Source of the DNA: Candidatus Multivoradales bacterium
GTDB taxonomy: Bacteria; Acidobacteriota; Thermoanaerobaculia; Multivoradales; J023
NCBI GenBank assembly: GCA_965248925.1
Contig: CBDFLE010000006.1
Span: 5,088,001 to 5,152,000, forward strand
Length of the DNA stretch: 64,000 nucleotides
Direction: 5' to 3'
This document shows positions 38,401 to 47,400 of the stretch, piece after piece (the first letter of the stretch is position 1; each line of letters opens with the position of its first letter). The notes under the pieces were generated by a model, which did not search any database, was not told the origin of the DNA, and worked only from the letters and a program-made list of their open reading frames with translations. A program made the translations under genes and the position numbers.

Positions 38401-41400
38401 GTGGAGTTGGGTGAGATCGAAGCAGCGCTCGAAGCTGATCCCGGAGTGCGTTCCGCGGTGGTGACAGCGACCCCGTCTCCAGCCGGCGATCTGCGCCTGG
38501 CGGCCTATGTAGTGGCCCTCGATTCGGTGCAGCTGAATCTCGAAGATCTGGCCACGGCGACCGCCAGCCGGCTGCCGAACTATATGTTGCCGAGCGCCTG
38601 GGGCGAACTCGATACCCTGCCTTTGCTGGCCAGCGGCAAAGTCAACCGCCGCGCATTAGCGTCTCCGGAGTGGCGTTCTGAAAGCGCTGAAAGGGTGGCT
38701 CCGGTCGGTGAATCCGAAGTGTTGCTAGCGCGGCTCTTCGGCGAGTTGTTGGAAGTCGCTCAGGCTGGTGCTAATGACGATTTTTTCCGCCTCGGCGGCC
38801 ACTCACTGCTCGCAATTCAGTTGGTTTCACGAGTCCGTGCGGCACTCGCCGTGGAGCTGCCGGTGAGGCAGGTCTTCGAGCATCCGCGGTTGGCTGATCT
38901 GGCGCGGCGGCTAGATGTCCTGCGCCACCAGCAGGCCGCAGTCGAGCTGGGCTCGATCGAGCGCCGGCCGGACAGTGCGCCGGTCGAGCTTTCCTACGCC
39001 CAGCAGCGACTGTGGTTTCTCGACCAGCTGCAGCCCGAGAGCATCGCTTACCATGTGCCGGTTGTGGTCGAACTCGAAGGCGCGCTCGACGTCGACGCAC
39101 TGCGCCACAGTCTAGCCCGGACGATGGCTCGTCACTCGGTGCTACGGACCATCTTCCCCACCCGCGGCGGTCGGCCGGCGGCCGAGGTCGCTGCCACTGC
39201 TGTCCTCGGTCAACCGGCGGTGGATCTGACGGCGCTGACCCATTCGGCGGCCGAGAAGCAGGCCCAGCAGATCGTCTTGCAGAGTATCCGGCGGCCTTTT
39301 GATCTGGGCCGTGGCCTGCTGTGGCGAACCCTCTTGCTGCGTCTGGGTGAGCGTCGCCACAGGCTGATTCTGACCTTGCATCACATCGTTACCGATGGCT
39401 GGTCGATGGGTATTCTGCTGCGCGAGCTGACGATTCACTACGCCGCCCTGAAGTCTGGTGAGCAGATCGACCTGCCGGCTTTGCCGGTGAGCTATTCGGA
39501 CTATGCCAGTTGGCAGCGCGGTTGGTTGGGAAGCGAGTTGATCGCTTCGCAGCTGGCGTATTGGAAAGAGGCTCTAGCTGGCGCCCCGGCGGTGCTCGAC
39601 CTGCCCACCGACCGGCCGCGGCCAGCGAATCCGCGCCAGCTGGGCGCTCTGCACGGATTTCGTTGGTCGAGTTCGTTGAGCGACCGTCTCAGTGCCTTCG
39701 GCCGGGACCGGGGTGCCACTCTCTTCATGGTCTTGCGGGCGCTCTTTCAGCTCTTGCTGGCCCGGCAGGCGCGGCAGACAGACCTGGTGATCGGAAGCCC
39801 GGTGGCTGGTCGCCGGCAGCTCGAAGTCGAGGGTTTGATCGGCCTGTTTGTCAACCTGTTGCCACTGCGCGCCGAACTCAGCGGCGAGCCGACTTTCGAA
39901 GACTTCCTGGAGCAAGTGCGCGACAACACTCTAGCCGCCTTCACGCACCAGGATCTACCTTTCGAACGGCTAGTGGACGAACTCCAGCCGCAGCGCGACT
40001 TGAGCTACACGCCGATCTTTCAGACCTTGCTGGTGTTGCAAAATGCCCCCCTGAAGCCGGCGGTGGTCAGCGACCTGGAGCTGCGACCGCTACAAGTCGA
40101 TTTCGGCATCGCCAAATTCGATTTGACGCTGACGTTCGAGGAGGGTTCTGAGGGTCTCGAGGGGCTTTTCGAGTATGACCTGGAGCTGTTCGACACGACC
40201 ACGGTCGAGCGTTTCGCCAGCCGCTTGCAAACGCTCTGCGAGAGCGCCCTGGCGGCGCCCCTGCAATGCTGCGGCAGGCTCGACCTGCTGCCGCCCGAGG
40301 AGCGCCGGCAACTGCTCGCCCAGACCCCGCTTCGCGTGGCCGCGCCGTCGCTCGAGCCGTTACACCAGTTGTTCGAGGCGCAAGCCGCGAGGCGCCCTGA
40401 TGCGGTGGCTCTCTGCCTGGGCTCGGCGACCCTGACCTACCGCGCGCTCGACCGGCGAGCCGAGCGCTTGGCAGCGGCGCTGCGCGGTCTGGGGGTGAAG
40501 CGCGGCGCCCGCGTGGGGATCTTCCTCGACCGCTCTCTGGACCTGGTGATGGCGATCTTGGCGGTGCTCAAGATGGGTGCTGCTTATGTGCCCCTCGACC
40601 CGGCCAATCCGGCGGAGCGGCTGGCCTACCTGCTGCAGGATTCCGGGCTTGGTGTGTTGCTAACCCAGCGGCGCCTGCTCGCCAGCCTGCCCGAATCTAA
40701 TCTGCGCACGGTGCTCCTCGATGCCCCCTGGCCGCCGCCGCTGGCCGGGGGTGTGCGGTCGACACCGGAGGACGCGGCCTATGTCATCTACACCTCGGGC
40801 TCGACCGGCAAACCAAAGGGAGTGGAGGTCACCCATGCCAATGTTACCCGGCTGCTGAGCGCGGCGCGGCAAGGATTCGATTTCGACCAACTCGATGCCT
40901 GGTCGTTGTTTCATTCCTGCGCTTTCGACTTCTCGGTCTGGGAACTCTGGGGTGCGCTGGCCTACGGCGGTCGGCTGCTGGTGGTGCCGTACTGGACCAG
41001 CCGCTCGCCCGATGAATTGCTCGAGCTGCTCGCTCGCCAGCGGGTGACGGTGCTCAACCAGACGCCGTCCGCATTTCGCCAGCTAATACGGGCCGAGCAG
41101 TCTGCCGCCGCCGCGCCGCGGCTGGCGCTACGCTGGGTGATCTTCGGCGGTGAAGCGCTGGAGCTCGAATCGCTGCGGCCCTGGTTCGAGCGCCATGGCG
41201 AGGAGCGGCCGCGCCTGGTCAACATGTTCGGCATCACCGAGACCACGGTGCACGTCACCTACCGCCGGTTGCTGGCGGCGGATCTCGACCGTCTGGCCGG
41301 TGCCAGCCCGATCGGCGAGCCGCTGCCCGACTTGCGCCTGCACCTACTGGACGGTTATCTCGAGCCGCTGCCGATCGGCGTTGTCGGTGAGCTGTATGTG

Positions 41401-44400
41401 GCCGGCGCTGGGATCGCACGGGGCTATCTGGAGCGGCCCGCGCTGACTGCTGAGCGGTTGGTGCCCGACCCCTTTTCGGGCCTGCCCGGCGAGCGTCTGT
41501 ATCGCTCGGGAGACCTCGCCCGGCGGCTCACCAGCGGTGACTTGGCCTATGTTGGCCGGGCCGATCAGCAGGTCAAGATCCGCGGCTTCCGCATTGAACT
41601 CGGTGAGATCGAAGGCGCTTTGCTGGAGCATCCGGCGGTGACCGAGGCGGCGGTGCTGGCCCTCGACGGCGGCGATGGCAGCAAGCTCGCCGCCTACGTT
41701 GTCGCCACGGCGGCGAGCGACGACCTGCGAGCCCATCTGCTGGCGCTGCTGCCACAGTACATGGTGCCGGAGCACATCCAGACGCTGTCCAACCTGCCGC
41801 TGACCGCCAATGGCAAGCTCGACCAGCGCCGATTGCCGGTGCCGCGGCGGCAGGCCGGTGAGCCGACCGCCGCTCATGTGCCGCCGACCGATCCGCTGGC
41901 TCGGCGGGTGGCAGCGGCGTGGCGGCAGGTGCTGGAGCGGCAGGAGATCGGCATGACCGACAGCTTCTTCACCCTCGGTGGCGACTCGATCAAGGCGGTG
42001 CGGCTCGCCGGCCTACTCAACGAAGAGTTCGACGCCGGTTTCAAGGTGCGCGACGTGTTCCGCTTTCAGACCGTCGGCGAGCAGACCGAGCGGCTGCGCG
42101 GCGGTGCCGCCGGCTGGACGATCGAGCGGGAGCACTCCGCTGGCCTGGAACAAATCGCCCGCTTTCGCAAGGGACTGCTCGCCGATGCCGAAACCGCCGC
42201 TCGCCTGCCGCCGGATTGGGCCGATGTCTACCCTCTGAGCGACATCGAAAAGAGCATGGTGTACTACTCCTTGCTGTGGCCCGAGGAGCCAGTTTATCAC
42301 GATCAATTCGTCTACTTCGTCGAGCTGCAGCAGCCGGCCGGCTTCTTCCGCGCTCTCGAGCTGCTGATCGACCGCCATCACAACCTGCGCTGCAGCTTCG
42401 ATCTCTACAGCTTCGCCGAGCAGGCCAAGGTGGTGCATCGAACGGCGGGTCCGCAGTGGGCGGTCGAGGATCTCTCGGCGCTAGCCGAGGATGCCCAGCG
42501 GCGTCGAGTCTTGCAGTACCAGGCCAGCGATCTGGCTCGGCGTTTTTCCTTCACCGGCGACCTGATGTGGCGTTTCAAACTCTTCCGCTTGGCGGGCGAG
42601 CGCCATTGTGTAGTGTGGACTTTCCACCATGCCATCCTCGATGGCTGGAGCAACATTTCGTTGTGGGTTGAGCTGAGTGAGACCTGCCGGCTCGCCGACC
42701 TCGAAACACGGTCTGCCTTGCCCCCGCTGGCCACCGGCTACCGCGACTATGTGGCGGTTACTCTGGGCCGCAAGGGCTCGGCCGAGACCACCGCTTTCTG
42801 GCGCCGCTACCTGGCCGGCCACGAGCGCAGCAAGCTGCCTTTCAACCGCGCTCGTCGGCAACTCGGTACCGACACCGCGATGCAGATTCGGCGTCGCGAC
42901 CTGGGCGGCGAACTGCTCGAGCGGCTGCGCCGGCAGGCCGCTCGGTACGAATTGTCGCTGCAGGGCTTGTGCCTGGCGGCGCATGTCTTCTTGCTCCATG
43001 TGCTGTCATCAGTTGGCGACTTGGTCACCGGGGTGGTGTCCAACGATCGGGTCGGGTTGGCGGACGGCGAGAAAGTTCTCGGCTGTTTCCTGACCACTTT
43101 GCCCCTACGTTTGGCGGCCGATCGCCACCACCATCGCCTGGAGCTGGTGCGGGAGGTCGAGCGGCGGTTGATCGACGTCAAAGCGCATGAGATTCCATTG
43201 GTCGAGATCGCTGCCGCCAGTGGCACACGGGTGACCTCAGGAAATCCGCTCTTCGACACCCTGTTTAACTACATGGATTTCCATCGTCTGGAAGGACTGC
43301 AGCAAAACTCTTGCTTCCGCGCTCAAACCTCAGACCAGCAGGTCGAGGCCTTCGGGCTCGAGAACAGCGAGATGACCAATACGTTGTTCGATCTCGAGGT
43401 CAACACCACCTTGGGTGGTCTGGGTTGCGTGGTGAAATTCTCGCCGGAGCATTTTGAGCCGGCTGATATCGAAAAGACCCTCGATCTCTACGGCTCTCTC
43501 TTACACGCATTCGCCGAGGATCTCGGCGCGCCACTCGACGCCGAGCAGTTGCTGGTTTCGAGCAGCGAGCGGCAGCAGCTGGTGCAGCGCTACAACCACA
43601 CCGGGATCGCCTATAAGACCGATCAGCTGCTGCACCAGCCGTTCGAGCGCAGCTGCGCAAGGGCTGCTGCGAGAGTGGCGGTATCGTGTGCTGGCAAGAG
43701 CCTTAGTTATGGCGAACTCGAGAACCGCGCCAACCAGCTGGCTCACTATCTGATCGAGCGTGGGGTCGAGCCTGGGGACAATGTCGGTCTGATCTACGCC
43801 CGGTCGCTGGAACTCGCTGTCGGGGTCCTAGCGATCCTCAAGGCGGGTGCTGCCTATGTGCCAATAGAGCCTTCGTACCCGGCGCTGCGCAAGAGCTACA
43901 TCGTCAATAGCTCGGGTATTCGCTGGCTGTTGGCCGCTGATCAGAGCCAGACGGTACTCGATTTCGACCAGTTGGTGGCGGACGAGGTCATGGTGTTGGT
44001 TCCCGAGCCGCAGGTGCTGGCCGCTTGCTCGCCGAGGATTCCGGAAGTTGCTTCGTCGGCGGCCCATCGAACTCGCCAGCTTGCCTATACGATCTACACT
44101 TCGGGCTCAACTGGCCGGCCGAAGGGAGTGATGATTGAGCATCAGCAGGCGATCAATCTGCTGAGCTGGGTCAACCGTCAGTATCGGGTCGGGGGTGACG
44201 ACGTTCTGCTGATGCTGTCATCGGTGTGCTTCGACCTCTCGGTGTACGACTTGTTCGGTGGTTGGGCAGCAGGGGCGAAGGTGGTGATTGCTGAACTCGG
44301 TGATATCCGCGAGCCTGGTCGCACCCGCGATCTGCTGGACGCCGAAGGGGTGACTTTCTGGAACTCGGTGCCCTCTACGCTGGGCACCCTGGTGAAGTAC

Positions 44401-47400
44401 CTTGAGGATCGCCAGCCGGACTATTGCAACAGGACTCTGCGGCTAGTGTTTCTGAGTGGAGACTGGATTCCGGTGTCGCTGCCCGATCGAATCCGACGGT
44501 TTTTTTCCGCCGCCGAAGTGGTCAGCCTGGGAGGTGCCACCGAAGCGACGGTGTGGTCGATCTTCCACCCGATCGGCGAAGTCGATCTATCGTCCGTCAG
44601 TATTCCCTACGGTCGGCCGCTCGATAACAACACTTTCTTTGTTCTCGACCGCAGTCTGAGCTTGGTGCCCACTGGCGTGGTCGGCGACCTTTACATTGGT
44701 GGTGTTGGCGTGGCTCGTGGCTATGCCGGTGATCCGCGCAAGACCGCGCAGGCTTTTGTACCTGACCGTTTCGCTGTTGGGGGCGAGCGCCTGTACCGCA
44801 CCGGTGACCTCGGCCGGATGCTCGACAGTGGCGCGATCGAGTTTCTCGGCCGCGCCGACCACCAGGTCAAGATCCGCGGGTTCCGGGTCGAACTCGGTGA
44901 GATCGAAAACACCCTGTTGCAGCATCCGCAAATCGTCGAGGCGGTAGTAGTGGTGCGAAGCGACCCGGCCGGTGACAAGTTGCTGTGCGCCTACCTCGTG
45001 GCTCGAGGTGGTTTCGAGCTGAACGCCGTTGAATTGCGCCGGCATCTCGGCGCAGCCTTGCCGGAGTACATGATCCCGGCGACCTACGTCTTCCTCGATC
45101 AGTTACCGCTGAATGCCAACAACAAACTCGATCGGCACCAGCTGCCGGATCCAGAGGTGGCCAATCTGGCGATCGCCGCCAGGTATGTGGAGCCGGAGAG
45201 CGTTCTGGAGAGTGAGCTGATCGATATCTGGCAGGAAGTGCTCGGCGTCGACGGTATCGGGACCCGGCATGACTTCTTTGAACTCGGTGGACACTCGCTC
45301 TCGGCGGTGCAAGTGATTACCCGGTTGCGCCAGAGCTACGGCATCGAGCTACCGCTGCGCGAGCTGTTCGATGGACCGACGGTGACCGAGCTGGCGGCTC
45401 GCTTGGGGCGGCTCGGGGCCAGCGGCGCCCGCAGCACTACAGCTCTGGAGATCGATCCGAGTCAGCGGCCAGATCCGGCCCCGCTATCGTTCTCTCAGGA
45501 GCGGCTGTGGTTCATCGATCAACTGGAGCCGGGCAACCCTGCCTACAATATCTCTACCGCCCTGCGTCTCAGAGGCGATCTCGATCTCGCTGCTCTGAGC
45601 GCCGCTTTCAGCGAGATCGTTCGTCGGCATGAGGTGTTGAGAACCACTTATCCGGCCGACCAGGGGCGACCTCTGATGGTGATCGCCGAGCCGGCAGCGG
45701 TGGCCGTCGGAGTTATCGATCTTGGGGCTATCGCCGCTGATCAGCGCCTCGATCAGGCTCGCGGGCTGGCCCAAAGAGTCGCTGAGCAGCCCTTCGATCT
45801 GGCCCGAGATTCGCTGTTGCGGGTAGTGGCGGTGCGGTTGGCGGAGGCTGATCACGTCGCTCTGCTGAGCATGCATCACATCGTTACCGATGGTTGGTCG
45901 ATGGGTATCTTGATTGACGAACTGGGAGTGCTCTACGGCAGCCGGGTGAGTGGCCGCGAAGGGAGCTTGCCGGAGCTACCGATTCAGTACGCGGACTATG
46001 CCCACTGGCAGCGACAGCGTCTGACTGACCGGGTGATCGAAAGCCAGCTTAACTTCTGGCGCGGCCAGCTGGAGGGCACCGCCACGGTGATCGATCTGCC
46101 CACCGATTTTCCGCGGCCGGCGCAGCGCAGCTCGCGTGGAGCGGTGGCTCGGGTGAGCATCGACCAGCGCTTGTCGGAGGCCCTGGCCGAGCTTGGCCGG
46201 GCGCGAGGGATGACCACGTTCATGGCCGTGTTGGCAGTGCTCGAGGTCTTACTACAACGCTACTCTGGCCAGAACGATTTCACTATCGGCACGCCGGTGA
46301 TGGGCCGGCACCGGGTGGAAACAGAAAGCTTGATCGGTTTCCTAGTCAACACCTTGGTGTTGCGTGCCGACCTCTCCGGGCAGCCCACTTTTGAATCGCT
46401 CTTGGAGCGGGTGCGAAGGATCAATCTGCGTGCTCACGAGCACCAGGAGCTGCCCTTCGAAAAGCTCGCCGAGCACCTTCAGCCGGACCGAGACCTCAGC
46501 CGCACACCCCTCTTCCAAGTTCTTTTCGTGCTGCAAAAGATGGCTAGCGAAGAGGCTCTGGAGTTGCCCGGCCTGACTCTCGAACCGCTGCGCGTTGATA
46601 CCGAAACGGCCCAGTTCGAGCTTACTTTGATCCTCAACGAGACGGTCGACGGTCTGACCGGATCCTTGATCTACAGTACAGATTTATTCACCGCCGACAG
46701 CATCGAGCGTCTGTGGCGGCATTTTGAGAGCTTGGCGCGGGCGGCGGTCGAGAATCCGGCGACCAAGATCGGCGATCTTGCGTTGCTCAGTGTTGCTGAG
46801 CGGCAAGAGCTGCTGAGTCTGGCCGTGGTCCGTGCACCAGCCTCGGCGAACGCTGGACGACTCACCCTGGTCGAGCTGTTTGCCCGCCAAGTCAAGGCTC
46901 GGCCAGACCATCTCGCGCTCAGCGCCGGTCAGCAGCATTGGACCTACCTGGAACTCGATCAGCAAACCGACCAGCTGGCGGCGCTGTTGCAGAGCCGCGG
47001 CGCCCGGCCGGAGGTGCTGATCGGCTTGTGCTGTGAGCGTGGTGCCAACATGGTGCTCGGCATCCTAAGCATTCTCAAAGCCGGCGCGGCCTACCTGCCG
47101 TTGGATCCGCGGTACCCGAAAGAGCGCCTAAGGCTGATTCTCGACGATTGTCGGGCACCGTTGTTGCTCAGTGAGCGGGCCGTGGCAGGTGACTTGCCCA
47201 GCCATGGTGCCGAGGTGGTCTTAGTCGATCAGCGGGCGGGTTTCGTTTCTGCCGCGTTGGCACCAGTGGCACTCGCGGCGGACCATCCGGTGTACGTGAT
47301 CTACACCTCCGGTTCTACCGGACGGCCGAAAGGGGTGCCGGTGAGCCACCGCAGTGTGGTCAGGCTGTTCGAGGCCTGCCAGCCGTGGTGTGAGTTTGGT

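Noticed and set aside
42220-43550. Epimerisation domain after the GGDS-type T domain
   Set aside because: Only one C-family domain lies between T and A; it lacks the E-domain EGHGRE and RTVGWFT motifs and fits the modAA pattern better.
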